NCBI GenBank assembly: GCA_037141455.1
Contig: JBAXCN010000006.1
Span: 2,156 to 66,155 of the forward strand
Direction of reading: 5' to 3'
Source of the DNA: Bacteroidota bacterium
Lineage (GTDB): Bacteria; Bacteroidota; Bacteroidia; UKL13-3
Length of the DNA: 64,000 bases
The notes under the pieces are model-generated. The model was not told the origin of the DNA, did not search any database, and saw only the letters and a list, made by a program, of their open reading frames with translations. Shown piece after piece: positions 28,796 through 39,193 of this stretch; the first letter of the stretch is position 1; each line of letters begins with the position of its first letter. Made by a program: the position numbers and the translations under genes.

Positions 28796-29613
28796 TATAA
28801 AATTCTTCCTTTTAATTTAATTTTTTTGTTGTAAGAGACAAAACTCATTTCCGCCACATTTTTTAATAAGTCTAACCTAAGCTCCCTGATTTGAGAATTA
28901 CCCGACCGATTTAAGTATAGAAATGAATTTGAAATAATTTCCTCTTCTAAAGCAAATTTCTCCGAGGCATCCCACTCATTGAAAGTAGAATTAAACAATT
29001 TAAGACCTTTAAGTCTAACATCAGCAGAAACAAAGTTTCTTCTATCCTCAAAACGATAATTTGAGATTATGCTATCTTTATATGTGGGTTTACTGAAGTA
29101 AAATTCTATATCAATACTATCTTTATTATTTGCTCCCAATGTATCTTACACCATTCGGTATTTATTAAAGGCCATACAATCTTTATAATAATTGGCTAGC
29201 TTAAAGGTAAATCTGACAGAATCGTAACCATCATCTTTGGGATTACAAAATTTATCAGCCTTCCATTTCATTACATGGGTTATTGTAATATTTTGAGGTC
29301 TTGGTACATCATAAAAATCTCGCCATTCTTTGTAGTTATGTAATATTTCACTTCCAATATACCATGTATGTTTGTATAAATTAGTATCCGCAAATTCAGA
29401 CCTAAACTGAATTTTAATTTCAATCAATATGGAATCTTTTAATATATACGGACTTTTATACCAATTGTTTAATACACCTTGTTCTATAATAAAGTCTGCA
29501 TGTGGTTGTATATAATTCCTACAAGGATTTTCAGGAGCAATTTCCTCTTTGGGGTTGCAGGCAAAGGGAAGTATAAGTATGGCTATTATTAGCTTTAATA
29601 ATGTATTTTTCAT
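28795..29613 (-). pseudogene. Lipoprotein (272 codons) interrupted by one in-frame TAA at 29146-29148
   Basis: Lipobox FAC; ...YRMV*DTLGANNKDS continues in frame; the final TAA overlaps the next ATG. Confidence 0.75.
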
Positions 29614-29624
29614 AACAAAAAAAA

Positions 29625-30386
29625 TTATTCTGCTAATTTAGCTTTTAAAGCTTCAATTTCTTTTTGTTGTTGTAAAATATATAAGGTTAGCTCTTCTACT
29701 TTTTCTAATAGTTTTACTTGCATTTCGCCTATGTCTATTTGTTTGTTGTTGGCTTCTACCTCGGCTAGGCTTGGAACATTAGGTAAATGCTTGTTTGCAT
29801 TTATATAATTTGCCAATTTGTTTAAAGGCATTAAATTATAGTTTTTTTCAAATACATAATCAGGGTACGGATTGGTTAAAGTTACTATTGCCTTGCGCGC
29901 ATAAACATAACCATCAGCACTAACTTTAAATAAATCTTGTGTAGCATCTTTAAATAATATTTGGCTTTCGGTAACGGTAAAAAAGTTGCGGTTGTCACTA
30001 TTTATAAAAAAACCAATTGTAGGGTGGATAATGCCAGTGGTATTTAAAGTCATAGCACCGTTAGTATTCACAGAAAAAGCATTTCCAGCAGTTGAACTAG
30101 TTCTGGTAACAAATAATGATCCCGAATTAACAAAAAAATTAGTGTTAGCATCTACGCGTGTATGGTCTACACTAAATTTTAAGTTAAATGCACTACCAGT
30201 ATTTGTAAACACATTAAACATTGCTGGTTGAGGTGGGCTTCCAGGTAATCCTGATACTACTACTCCAGCAATATTTACTTGATTGCTGGTACTTAAAATA
30301 CCGCTTGTAGGACCAGTCCATTGGGCTTGGCTTTTAAAAATAAAGGTTAATAAACCTAGGCTAAGTAATAATATTTTTTTTTTCAT
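29625..30386 (-). CDS. Secreted protein with S74-like/tail-fibre-chaperone-like C-terminus
   Basis: Signal peptide; PDYVFEKNY.LMPL...NKHLPNVPS...LLEKVEELTLY followed by a coiled coil. Confidence 0.8.
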   Translation of the reverse strand: MKKKILLLSLGLLTFIFKSQAQWTGPTSGILSTSNQVNIAGVVVSGLPGSPPQPAMFNVFTNTGSAFNLKFSVDHTRVDANTNFFVNSGSLFVTRTSSTAGNAFSVNTNGAMTLNTTGIIHPTIGFFINSDNRNFFTVTESQILFKDATQDLFKVSADGYVYARKAIVTLTNPYPDYVFEKNYNLMPLNKLANYINANKHLPNVPSLAEVEANNKQIDIGEMQVKLLEKVEELTLYILQQQKEIEALKAKLAE

Positions 30387-30472
30387 TGTTAGTTGTTTTT
30401 TAATTTATTTTTTTTTAGATATTTGATTTAGCAAACATTAAAACTAAAAATATTATTTCAAACTAAAACTAC

Positions 30473-30489
30473 CTGTCTATTTTGGACAG
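30473..30489. promoter_or_regulatory. Candidate XRE operator CTGTC-N7-GACAG
   Basis: Only GC-containing inverted repeat I saw in the divergent intergenic region. Confidence 0.35.
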
Positions 30490-30549
30490 TATGTTTTTAT
30501 AGGTAATTTAATTTATTAATTATACAATTGCTTTTCTTTATGTTTTAAA

Positions 30550-30912
30550 ATGAAAAACCAAATAATTATAAAAAAGTTAGGAGTTGGAATAAGGAAGTTG
30601 CGTAAAATAAGAGATATAAAAGTGGCTGTTTTAGCACAAAAGCTAGGCTACCTTAGCGTAGAGGCTTACTTAAAACTAGAAAGAGGAGAAAAAAACGACA
30701 TTGGCATTGTTCATCTTTTGGCTATTTGCGAAGAGTTAAATTGTTCAATATCCAATTTATTTATTTTATCGGGTTTAACAGATAACCTTTTTAATAAAGA
30801 AATTACCTCTTGGAGTCAATTTCTTGACTCGCTAACAGATTTACCTGCTGAAAGAAAAGAAAAAATTTTGGAATTACTAAATACTTTAAATTTTTCGCAA
30901 AGTGTAACATAG
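30550..30912 (+). CDS. XRE/HTH_3 family transcriptional regulator
   Basis: IRKLRK...LAQKLG...AYLKLERGE...LLAICEEL pattern. Confidence 0.85.
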   Translation: MKNQIIIKKLGVGIRKLRKIRDIKVAVLAQKLGYLSVEAYLKLERGEKNDIGIVHLLAICEELNCSISNLFILSGLTDNLFNKEITSWSQFLDSLTDLPAERKEKILELLNTLNFSQSVT

Positions 30913-31019
30913 GGCTAATTTTATTCTAGCCATTTTAAAAATAAAAAGTTATCTAAATCAAATGCCTATTTAATGTTGTAATTTGTTTTAAGTTTTAATA
31001 AAATAATTATATTAGTGGC

Positions 31020-31274
31020 ATGAATAATAAGCCCAATATTCCAGGTTATTTACTTTGGGAATACGACCTAGAAACTTTTAATTACCAAAAAAGCTATAAA
31101 ATTGTTATTGACCGAGTTTTGTTAAGAGGAACCATTGAAGATTGGACTGAAATGCTTAGATTTTATTCTATTGAAAAAATACTAGAAACCATTGATTGGA
31201 CTAAACAAATTGATAAACGAGAAAAAGATTTTGCAAAACTTTTCATTCAATCTGATTTATTAAATGCTGAATAA
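31020..31274 (+). CDS. DUF6922-like protein, putative antitoxin
   Basis: LLWEYD...VIDRVLLRG.IEDW...FY; overlaps the AbiEii gene. Confidence 0.8.
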   Translation: MNNKPNIPGYLLWEYDLETFNYQKSYKIVIDRVLLRGTIEDWTEMLRFYSIEKILETIDWTKQIDKREKDFAKLFIQSDLLNAE

Positions 31275-31896
31275 AGATTCATTTATTATTGCTCCTGAAA
31301 CATTTAAATTGATACAGGAACTACAAGCTATGCCTGAATTGTCTGAGTTTTATTTGGTAGGTGGAACAACCCTTGCCTTGCTTTTGGGGCATAGAAATTC
31401 AATTGATATAGATTTATTTACTACTCATAGTTTTGATGATAAAGAATTATTTGATATGTTGACCAATTGTTTTGATGTAAAACAAATTTTTAGTAAAAAA
31501 AATACACTTTTAACTTATATTAATTCAATCAAAGTCGATTTTATTTCACATCAATATGAAATTATTAAGCCCATTATTAAGGAAGAAGGCATAAGTATGT
31601 TAAGCATGGAAGATATTTGTGCCATGAAATTAAATGCTATTGTAAACTCTGGGCAGCGACTAAAAGATTTTATTGATTTATATTATTTATTGACTCAATT
31701 TTCAATTAAGCAAATGTTGGGTTTTTATCACCAAAAATATCCAAATAAAAATGAGGTTATTGCACTAAGAGCAATTACTTATTTTGATGATATAGACCCC
31801 AATATTGACCCTCCAAAAATGATAAAACAAATTAATATCGAACAAATAAAAGTACGCATTATTGAAGCAGTTTTACATAGTAATAAAATTTTTTAA
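31264..31896 (+). CDS. AbiEii/AbiGii nucleotidyltransferase toxin
   Basis: LVGGTTLAL.LGHRNSIDIDLF, AMKLNA and KDFIDLY motifs. Confidence 0.9.
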   Translation: MLNKDSFIIAPETFKLIQELQAMPELSEFYLVGGTTLALLLGHRNSIDIDLFTTHSFDDKELFDMLTNCFDVKQIFSKKNTLLTYINSIKVDFISHQYEIIKPIIKEEGISMLSMEDICAMKLNAIVNSGQRLKDFIDLYYLLTQFSIKQMLGFYHQKYPNKNEVIALRAITYFDDIDPNIDPPKMIKQINIEQIKVRIIEAVLHSNKIF

Positions 31897-31927
31897 ACTA
31901 CTAATTTTTAAATGATAGATATAAACA

Positions 31928-32350
31928 ATGAAAGATATTACTAAAACCTATACCAATAGCGAAATTACCATAGTTTGGAAGCCTTCAATTTGTATCCACT
32001 CACGCATTTGCTTTAATGGCCTTGGGCAAGTGTTTAATCCTGCTGAACACCCTTTGATAAAACCAGAAAATGCAACTACAGAAACTTTAATGGCACAAAT
32101 AGACAAGTGCCCAAGCGGGGCATTGAGTTATTATAAAAACGATGAAGCAAAAACCGAAAATGTGGAGGTAGAAACTATAGCAGAAGTTGCAGAAAATGGC
32201 CCTCTTTTGGTTTATGGAAACTTAAAAGTAAAAAGAAATGATGGAACCATTGAGCAAAAAAATAAAGTGACTGCTTTTTGCAGGTGTGGTGCATCAAACA
32301 ATAAACCTTACTGCGATGGCACACACCGAAAAATAGATTTTATAGGATAA
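31928..32350 (+). CDS. Divergent 4Fe-4S (Fer4_19) plus CDGSH iron-sulfur domain protein
   Basis: CIHSRIC, CPSGAL and CRCGASNNKPYCDGTH motifs. Confidence 0.92.
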   Translation: MKDITKTYTNSEITIVWKPSICIHSRICFNGLGQVFNPAEHPLIKPENATTETLMAQIDKCPSGALSYYKNDEAKTENVEVETIAEVAENGPLLVYGNLKVKRNDGTIEQKNKVTAFCRCGASNNKPYCDGTHRKIDFIG

Positions 32351-32359
32351 TAAAGTGTT

Positions 32360-33268
32360 TTGGAAAATAAAAAATACTTAATTAGCATAGTTGGGCCTAC
32401 CGCAGTGGGGAAAACCGCAATGGCCATTCAGCTGGCTAAGCATTTTAATACTGTGATTATTTCGGCCGATAGCCGTCAGTTTTATAAAGAAATAAGCATT
32501 GGTACAGCCAAGCCCAGTTTGGAAGAACTTAACCAAGTAACCCATTATTTTATTAATAATAAAAGTGTAACCGAAACCTATTCGGCAGGCGATTTTGAAA
32601 AAGATGCTTTGTTAAATCTACAAGAATTATTTAAAGAAAATGATACAGTAATACTAGTTGGTGGAAGTGGCTTATACATAAAAGCACTTTGGGATGGATT
32701 AGATGATTTGCCTAAAGAAAATATTGCTTTGCGTAATGAATTACATAACGAATTTAAAACTAATGGAATAGAATATTTACAAAACAGACTTTTTAAAACG
32801 AATCCCGAAAAGTTAGTCAGTTTAGATGTAATGAATCCGCAAAGATTGATGCGTGCAATAGAAATTGCAGAACTGAGCAATTCAACTGTTTTTACTCCTC
32901 AAAAAGCAATTCGCCCTTTCCAAAACATAAAAATAGGATTGAATAAAGAAAGAGAAATACTATACAACGATATCAATAATAGGGTTGATGGAATGATAGC
33001 AAGTGGATTAATAAATGAGTGCGAAAAAATGAGTTTGTTGAGAGATAAATATGCTTTAAAAACGGTTGGATATACTGAAATATTTGACTATTTCGACAAT
33101 AAACATTCCTTACAAAAAGCCATTGAACTTATAAAACAACACACTCGAAACTACGCAAAAAGGCAAATTACATGGTTTAAGCGAGAAGAAGACCTTGAAT
33201 GGTTTGAGCCAAATGAAACTGAAAAAATAATAGGTTTTGTAAATAAAAAACTAGGTAAAAAAGTCTGA
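32360..33268 (+). CDS. miaA: tRNA dimethylallyltransferase
   Basis: GPTAVGKT, SADSRQ, IGTAKP, VGGSGLY and TRNYAKRQITW motifs. Confidence 0.97.
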   Translation: MENKKYLISIVGPTAVGKTAMAIQLAKHFNTVIISADSRQFYKEISIGTAKPSLEELNQVTHYFINNKSVTETYSAGDFEKDALLNLQELFKENDTVILVGGSGLYIKALWDGLDDLPKENIALRNELHNEFKTNGIEYLQNRLFKTNPEKLVSLDVMNPQRLMRAIEIAELSNSTVFTPQKAIRPFQNIKIGLNKEREILYNDINNRVDGMIASGLINECEKMSLLRDKYALKTVGYTEIFDYFDNKHSLQKAIELIKQHTRNYAKRQITWFKREEDLEWFEPNETEKIIGFVNKKLGKKV

Positions 33269-33277
33269 AATTTTGTT

Positions 33278-33285
33278 AGTTTTGC
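33278..33285 (+). promoter_or_regulatory. -7 promoter element TAGTTTTG
   Basis: Exact TAnnTTTG match upstream of the TerC gene. Confidence 0.55.
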
Positions 33286-33317
33286 GCTTCAAAAAAATAA
33301 ATTATCTTTAATAAAAT

Positions 33318-34052
33318 ATGCTCGAATTTTTAAGCACTCCTGAGGCCTGGTTAAGTTTATTTACTCTTACCATTTTAGAAATTGTATTAGGTGTTGATAA
33401 TATTATATTTATATCAATAATTACAAGTAAACTTCCAAAGCAACAGCAACTAAAAGGCCGCAGATTAGGTTTGTTTTTAGCTTTGTTTATCCGAATTGTT
33501 TTATTGGCTTTTATTAATAAAATTGTACACGATTTAACTGACGAAATAATAAATGTTTTAGGTGTTGGGTTTAGTTGGAGAGATATAATTTTATTATCGG
33601 GAGGAGTATTTTTATTATACAAAAGTGGAATAGAAATATATGAAAAGCTTGAGAAAGTAGAAGGTGAAATTTCATCAAAATCATATAAGTCGTTTTGGAA
33701 TGTGGTTATGCAAGTTATTGTTATTGATATAGTATTTTCGTTCGATAGTATTTTAACAGCTGTTGCAATATCTGACCATATAGAAATTATGGTTATTGCG
33801 GTTATCATATCAATGGTTGTTATGATGATTTTTGCTCAAAAAGTTGGTGATTTTATTAACGACAATCCTTCAATGAAAATATTGGCATTGGCATTTTTAG
33901 TAATGATAGGCGGCTTATTAACTGTAGAAGCTTTTGATGTTCATGTAGAAAAATCGTACATTTATTTTGCACTGGCATTTAGTATTTTAGTTGAAATGTT
34001 AAATTTAAGGTATCGTAAAAACATACAAAGCGGTAAAATTAAACATAACTAG
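33318..34052 (+). CDS. TerC family membrane protein
   Basis: LEIVLGVDNIIFI and DIVFSFDSILTA motifs. Confidence 0.95.
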   Translation: MLEFLSTPEAWLSLFTLTILEIVLGVDNIIFISIITSKLPKQQQLKGRRLGLFLALFIRIVLLAFINKIVHDLTDEIINVLGVGFSWRDIILLSGGVFLLYKSGIEIYEKLEKVEGEISSKSYKSFWNVVMQVIVIDIVFSFDSILTAVAISDHIEIMVIAVIISMVVMMIFAQKVGDFINDNPSMKILALAFLVMIGGLLTVEAFDVHVEKSYIYFALAFSILVEMLNLRYRKNIQSGKIKHN

Positions 34053-34073
34053 TATTTTTTTTAAATTAAATCC

Positions 34074-34931
34074 ATGCAATTACTAAACGGCAACCTAGTT
34101 TCAAAACAAATAAAACTAGAAATAAAAAGAGAAGTAGACGAACTAATTGCCAAAGGAATTAAAAGACCGCATTTAGCAGCAATTTTGGTTGGAAACGATG
34201 GAGCCAGTATGACTTATGTTGCTGCAAAAGAAAAAGATTGTAAAGAAGTTGGATTTGATTCAACAGTGCTGAAATATAACGCATCAATTACAGAAGCTGA
34301 ATTGCTAAATGAAGTTGAGAAAATAAATGCCAATTCTGAAATAGATGGACTAATAGTTCAACTGCCTTTACCAAAACACATTAACGAAAAAAAAATAACT
34401 GAAAACATTAGCTGGAAAAAAGATGTAGATGGTTTTCATCCATACAATGTAGGGTTAATGTTTAAAGGCTTGCCGTGTTTTTTACCTGCAACTCCTTATG
34501 GCATTATTAAGTTATTAGAATACTATAATATTGATACTACAGGAAAAAACTGTGTGGTGATTGGCAGAAGCGACATTGTGGGCAAGCCTATGAGTGCTTT
34601 AATGTTAAATAAAAACTGCACTGTTACCATTTGCCATAGCAAAACAGTTGATATGAGTTCATTTACTCAAAAAGCCGATATAATTATTGCGGCAGTTGGT
34701 ATTCCAAATTATTTAAAAGCTGAAATGATAAAAGAAGGTGCTATTGTAATTGATGTTGGTATTACTAGGGTTAACGATGAATCTGAAAAAGGATATAAAC
34801 TTGTTGGAGATGTAGATTTTGAAAAAGTGTCAAATAAAGCAAGTTTTATTACTCCTGTTCCTGGAGGTGTTGGGCCTATGACAAGGGTTGCCTTGTTACT
34901 AAACACATTACTTTCAGTTAAATCAAATTAG
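34074..34931 (+). CDS. folD: Methylenetetrahydrofolate dehydrogenase/cyclohydrolase
   Basis: VQLPLP, KDVDGFHP, GRSDIVGKP and TPVPGGVGPMT motifs. Confidence 0.98.
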   Translation: MQLLNGNLVSKQIKLEIKREVDELIAKGIKRPHLAAILVGNDGASMTYVAAKEKDCKEVGFDSTVLKYNASITEAELLNEVEKINANSEIDGLIVQLPLPKHINEKKITENISWKKDVDGFHPYNVGLMFKGLPCFLPATPYGIIKLLEYYNIDTTGKNCVVIGRSDIVGKPMSALMLNKNCTVTICHSKTVDMSSFTQKADIIIAAVGIPNYLKAEMIKEGAIVIDVGITRVNDESEKGYKLVGDVDFEKVSNKASFITPVPGGVGPMTRVALLLNTLLSVKSN

Positions 34932-34938
34932 TATTATT

Positions 34939-36135
34939 TTGAAAAAAATTTCTTTAGTACTTTTACTACTTCCTTCTATACTTTTTGGTCAAGTTATACC
35001 CAAATACGGGAATGATACTTTATTAGACATTGGAACTTGGAATATTGAATGGTTTGGCGATTTAACAAATGGTCCTAGCGATGAAATCCAACAATTTGAT
35101 AACGTAAAAAATATTATTAACAAAACTGATATTGATATTTGGGGGATTGAAGAAATGAGTAACACTACTAGCTTTAATTCTTTAGTTACTGCCTTGCCAC
35201 TTTACGGTGGAGTTAACAGCACATTTTCGTTAACACAAAAAATGTGTTTGCTTTACAAAAAAAGTATGTTTAATTTGATTAGTGCAGAGCAAATTTTAAC
35301 AACAAGTAATTACGACTTTGCAAGCCGACCACCTTTATTGGTAAGGCTTTCAACCAAAGGTGACAGCATAAATATTGACACATTATTTGTTATAGTTGTT
35401 CATTTAAAAGCCAATAGCGAATCGAATTCGACAGGGAAATTAGAATCGTATAATAGAAGAAAAAGAGCTGCTGATGCATTAAAGATTTATATTGAAAGTA
35501 CTTTGGTTAATAAAAAATATATTGTGTTAGGCGATTGGAACGACCGACTTGATTTTTCAATTCATAATGGAATTGACACAACGCCTTTTAAGCAGTTGTT
35601 AAATGCCAATTACAATTTTATAACTAAACCATTGGCCGATGCAGGAAAAAGAAGTTACGCCTTTTCAGATGGTTTTATTGATCACATAATGGTTTCGCCA
35701 ACAATTGATTCGTTTTATGTTAAACAAAGTACAACTGTACTCGATAATTTAGGCCAGTTCGTTAACAATTACAGCAACACTACTTCCGATCATTATCCTG
35801 TTTTTGGTAGGTTTTTATTCAATAAAATTAAATACACCACTCCTATTGATACTATTCCTACCGATACTATAAAAGATACTTCGATAACAAGTATTGATTA
35901 TAATGTAAAATCAATCAATAATTTTACTGTGTATCCAAATCCTTTTGAAAATTGTTTTACAATAAAAACAGAAAATTTAAATAACGATTTGGTTGAAATT
36001 TATTCCCCTATTGGTAACTTGATTTACTCTAAACAATTAAACAAAAATGAAACGGAAATAAATTTAAAAGATTTTCAATCAGGGTTGTATATTATTTGTT
36101 TTAAAGGAAAGTATTATAAAATATTAAAATATTAA
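34939..36135 (+). CDS. Secreted endonuclease/exonuclease/phosphatase family enzyme with T9SS CTD
   Basis: TWNIEWFG, VHLKA, GDWND, IDHI and SDHYPV motifs; CTD VYPNPF. Confidence 0.88.
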   Translation: MKKISLVLLLLPSILFGQVIPKYGNDTLLDIGTWNIEWFGDLTNGPSDEIQQFDNVKNIINKTDIDIWGIEEMSNTTSFNSLVTALPLYGGVNSTFSLTQKMCLLYKKSMFNLISAEQILTTSNYDFASRPPLLVRLSTKGDSINIDTLFVIVVHLKANSESNSTGKLESYNRRKRAADALKIYIESTLVNKKYIVLGDWNDRLDFSIHNGIDTTPFKQLLNANYNFITKPLADAGKRSYAFSDGFIDHIMVSPTIDSFYVKQSTTVLDNLGQFVNNYSNTTSDHYPVFGRFLFNKIKYTTPIDTIPTDTIKDTSITSIDYNVKSINNFTVYPNPFENCFTIKTENLNNDLVEIYSPIGNLIYSKQLNKNETEINLKDFQSGLYIICFKGKYYKILKY

Positions 36136-37049
36136 AAATAAAACCAATGAAAGTTGGTTTGTGGTCCAAAACTTACAGTGGGTAATGGAATTTTAATATA
36201 ATTTAATGCTTGCGTTAACATTCGTTGTCCTCCAGTTTTTTGTGGAATAATTTCTCGCCAATCAATATCTAACGAAAGGTAATATTCATAGTTTCCTTTT
36301 CCTTTATTTTCTGCTAAATTTACTCCTTTGTAGTACCAATTCAAGGTATTATCAACTCCTATGCCCATAGCAAAACTTAAAAAATCTGGCCATATTTTTT
36401 TTACTTTAGAGTTTTTTGGTAACCAAACCTCAGGGCTAATAGTTACCCAATAAGTATGATTCATATAATCATCAATCCAATCAGCATTTTTAAATTGTTC
36501 AAAATAATACCTATCTCTTTGATAGTAACTAAACTTAAAATTTAACGACCTAAATTTATCAGACTTGTATTTTAAATAAGGAATTAAACCACCAATAGAA
36601 CCTGCAACAAAATCACCAATACTAAATCCGTATGTTTCGGCAAATCCGTCTTTTGCTTCAATAAATAAATGCATGGTGCTACCAAGAATAAAGGAATACA
36701 AATAAGAATCGTTGTCTTTTAAACCTGCCCATTTTAAGGAGCCATGCAAACCTTCGGCTAAAAGCAAGCCACCCATTAAATGCCCAAATTTGTCAATGTT
36801 TTTAGCATATTTATAATCGGGTCCATTATCAAAATGAAACGATTTTTTATTGTTTGTCCACCAAGCATTTTGAACATAAATATAGGAGCTAGTTAACGAT
36901 AGTGTAGTGCCTATAACTACTGAATAAAATTTAATTTTTGAAGGACTGTAGTTGCTATAATTTGTTGTATCTCGCTGTTGAGCAGATAAATTACTAAAAA
37001 AAACAATAGAAAAAATTAATATGAAAGTTGATTTTTTTAATCCATTCAT
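36132..37049 (-). CDS. DUF2279/YfiM-like protein
   Basis: DKFGH, IEAKDGF..YGFSIGD, DDY..HTYW and YYLSLDIDW motifs. Confidence 0.8.
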   Translation of the reverse strand: MNGLKKSTFILIFSIVFFSNLSAQQRDTTNYSNYSPSKIKFYSVVIGTTLSLTSSYIYVQNAWWTNNKKSFHFDNGPDYKYAKNIDKFGHLMGGLLLAEGLHGSLKWAGLKDNDSYLYSFILGSTMHLFIEAKDGFAETYGFSIGDFVAGSIGGLIPYLKYKSDKFRSLNFKFSYYQRDRYYFEQFKNADWIDDYMNHTYWVTISPEVWLPKNSKVKKIWPDFLSFAMGIGVDNTLNWYYKGVNLAENKGKGNYEYYLSLDIDWREIIPQKTGGQRMLTQALNYIKIPLPTVSFGPQTNFHWFYF

Positions 37050-37057
37050 TTTAAAGT

Positions 37058-38329
37058 CTAGTTTTTCTTTTGATTAATTTTTAAAATAACTTCTTCAATT
37101 TTAGCACTGCTCGATTTTTGAATAATAAATTCAAATTGATCAATATTTAATTTTTCGCCTTCTTGAGGAATATCTTCATGATTTGCAGTAATAAAACCGC
37201 CTAAAGTATTGTATTCACCCTCTGGTATATCAAGTTCGTATTTTGTGTTTAAATGATAGATTTCTAATCTGCCAGAAAAAAGGTATTCATTTTCTCCAAT
37301 TACTTTTTCAGTTAACGATTCAATATCGTGTTCATCGTCTATTTCTCCAAAAATTTCTTCCATTACATCTTCAATAGTAACAATACCAGCTGTTCCGCCA
37401 AGTTCATTAACAACTAAAGCAATACTTTTTCTTGTTTTACTAAACCTATTTAAAACATCCATAACCGAAGTAGTTGCAGGAACAATTTCTATAGGAAACA
37501 CAATTTCTTTAATTGTATCTACTTTTTTAAATATTTCTTTTTGATGCACATAACCAATTATGTTATCAGATGTTCCGCCATAAACTAATATTTTAGACAA
37601 GCCAGTTTGAACAAATTTATCGTAAAGCGCTTCGGGTGTTTCAGTAATATCTATTAATTCTAAATCAGTTCGAGGAGTCATGCAATCACGCACTTTCAAG
37701 CTTGAAAAATCTAATGCATTTTTAAACATTTCAGTGTCTACTTCTACATCATCTTCAAGGTCATTATCATTTACTTGGTTGATATAATCATCTAAATCAA
37801 TTTTTGAAAAAACGGGTGTGGTTTCGGTATATTTTATTTTTAAAAAGGCATTTAAAATAATTTTTGAAAGCCAAATAATAATATGAACAATTGGCCAAAA
37901 TATATAATAGAATATTAAAAATGGTAATGCTAATACTTGTAAAACTAAATCAGGATTTATACGAAATAAAACCTTGGGAAGAAACTCGGCAGTAAATAAA
38001 ACTATTAATGTTGAGATTATAGTTTGGGCCAATAAAAGTAAAAATTTGTGTTCGGCAAAATAAGGCGAAACACCCAGTAAGAATGGGTCAAGTATTTTTG
38101 CCATGTAAATACCATAAATAACCAAACCTATGTTGTTGCCAACAAGTGTAGTACTAATAAACTTAGATGGATTATTTACAAAATTAGATAAAATATTTGC
38201 AGTAACACTTCCTTGTTTACTTTTTAATTCTATTAAAAGTTTATTCGAAGAAATAAAAGCAATTTCGGTTCCTGCAAAGAATGCTGAAAATAAAATACTT
38301 AATAAAATTATAACCGAGTTGCTATCCAT
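37058..38329 (-). CDS. Hemolysin/CNNM-CBS-CorC family membrane protein
   Basis: SAFFAGTEIAF, AEFLPK, CMTPR and TIEDVMEEIFGEIDDEHD motifs. Confidence 0.93.
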   Translation of the reverse strand: MDSNSVIILLSILFSAFFAGTEIAFISSNKLLIELKSKQGSVTANILSNFVNNPSKFISTTLVGNNIGLVIYGIYMAKILDPFLLGVSPYFAEHKFLLLLAQTIISTLIVLFTAEFLPKVLFRINPDLVLQVLALPFLIFYYIFWPIVHIIIWLSKIILNAFLKIKYTETTPVFSKIDLDDYINQVNDNDLEDDVEVDTEMFKNALDFSSLKVRDCMTPRTDLELIDITETPEALYDKFVQTGLSKILVYGGTSDNIIGYVHQKEIFKKVDTIKEIVFPIEIVPATTSVMDVLNRFSKTRKSIALVVNELGGTAGIVTIEDVMEEIFGEIDDEHDIESLTEKVIGENEYLFSGRLEIYHLNTKYELDIPEGEYNTLGGFITANHEDIPQEGEKLNIDQFEFIIQKSSSAKIEEVILKINQKKN

Positions 38330-38415
38330 TGTTTTATAATAGTGCAATTATAATAAAAATAGAAATAAGAATAGTAGTTTAAAAATTCCTTTTTAAACAT
38401 ATTGATTGAATAAAA

Positions 38416-39117
38416 CTATTCTGAAAACTTATATCCAACTCCTTTTACAGTGCCTAATAAATCATCTCCTATTTTTTCTCTAATTTTTCTAATATGAACA
38501 TCAATCGTTCTATCACCAACAATTACTTCATCGCCCCACACTTTTTCTAAAATGCTTTCTCTTTTAAATACTTTTCCGGGCTTGCTTGCTAATAAATAAA
38601 GTAACTCAAATTCTTTGCGAGCTAATTGTATTTTTTCTTTCCCTCTATAAACTAAAAAGGTTTCTCTGTCAATTATTAAACCTTTGACATTTAGTTTTAT
38701 ATTTTCAACTTCATTTTCAGAAGATGAACCTTTATCTTTTCTTCGTAAAATAGCTGCAATACGAGTCAATAGTAATTTTGGTTTTATAGGCTTTGCAATA
38801 TAATCATCAGCACCAGCATCAAAGCCCGCTAATTCACTGTATTCCTCTGCCCTTGCAGTTAAAAAAACTACAAAAGAACTACTCGTTAATGGGTTTGATT
38901 TTAATTGTTGACAAGCTTGAATACCATCCATCTGTGGCATCATTACATCCATTAAAATTAAATCGGGCTTGATTTTTTTTGCTTGTTCAATAGCTTCTAA
39001 GCCATTATTGGCTAAATAAACATCGTAACCTTCTTTTTTTAAATTATATTCAATAAACTCTTGAATATCTTTCTCATCATCCACAACTAAAACTTTATAT
39101 TGTTTTTTGTCTTTCAT
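38416..39117 (-). CDS. OmpR/PhoP family response regulator (no adjacent kinase)
   Basis: VVDDE, MDVMMP, GADDYIAKP and RTIDVHIRKIREK motifs. Confidence 0.95.
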   Translation of the reverse strand: MKDKKQYKVLVVDDEKDIQEFIEYNLKKEGYDVYLANNGLEAIEQAKKIKPDLILMDVMMPQMDGIQACQQLKSNPLTSSSFVVFLTARAEEYSELAGFDAGADDYIAKPIKPKLLLTRIAAILRRKDKGSSSENEVENIKLNVKGLIIDRETFLVYRGKEKIQLARKEFELLYLLASKPGKVFKRESILEKVWGDEVIVGDRTIDVHIRKIREKIGDDLLGTVKGVGYKFSE

Positions 39118-39193
39118 ATCCAGCGATATTATTTTTTATCAAATGCAATATTAGTTATATTAATGTTAGTTAATTATTAACTTTAACGGTATT

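Noticed and set aside
25769-29613. Genome-wide reassignment of TAA to a sense codon
   Set aside because: TAA terminates most conserved genes in the window at their expected ends.
29625-30912. Prophage (tail-fibre-like gene plus XRE repressor)
   Set aside because: There are no capsid, terminase, integrase or lysis genes. The S74-like protein has a signal peptide and belongs to a common non-phage Bacteroidota family.
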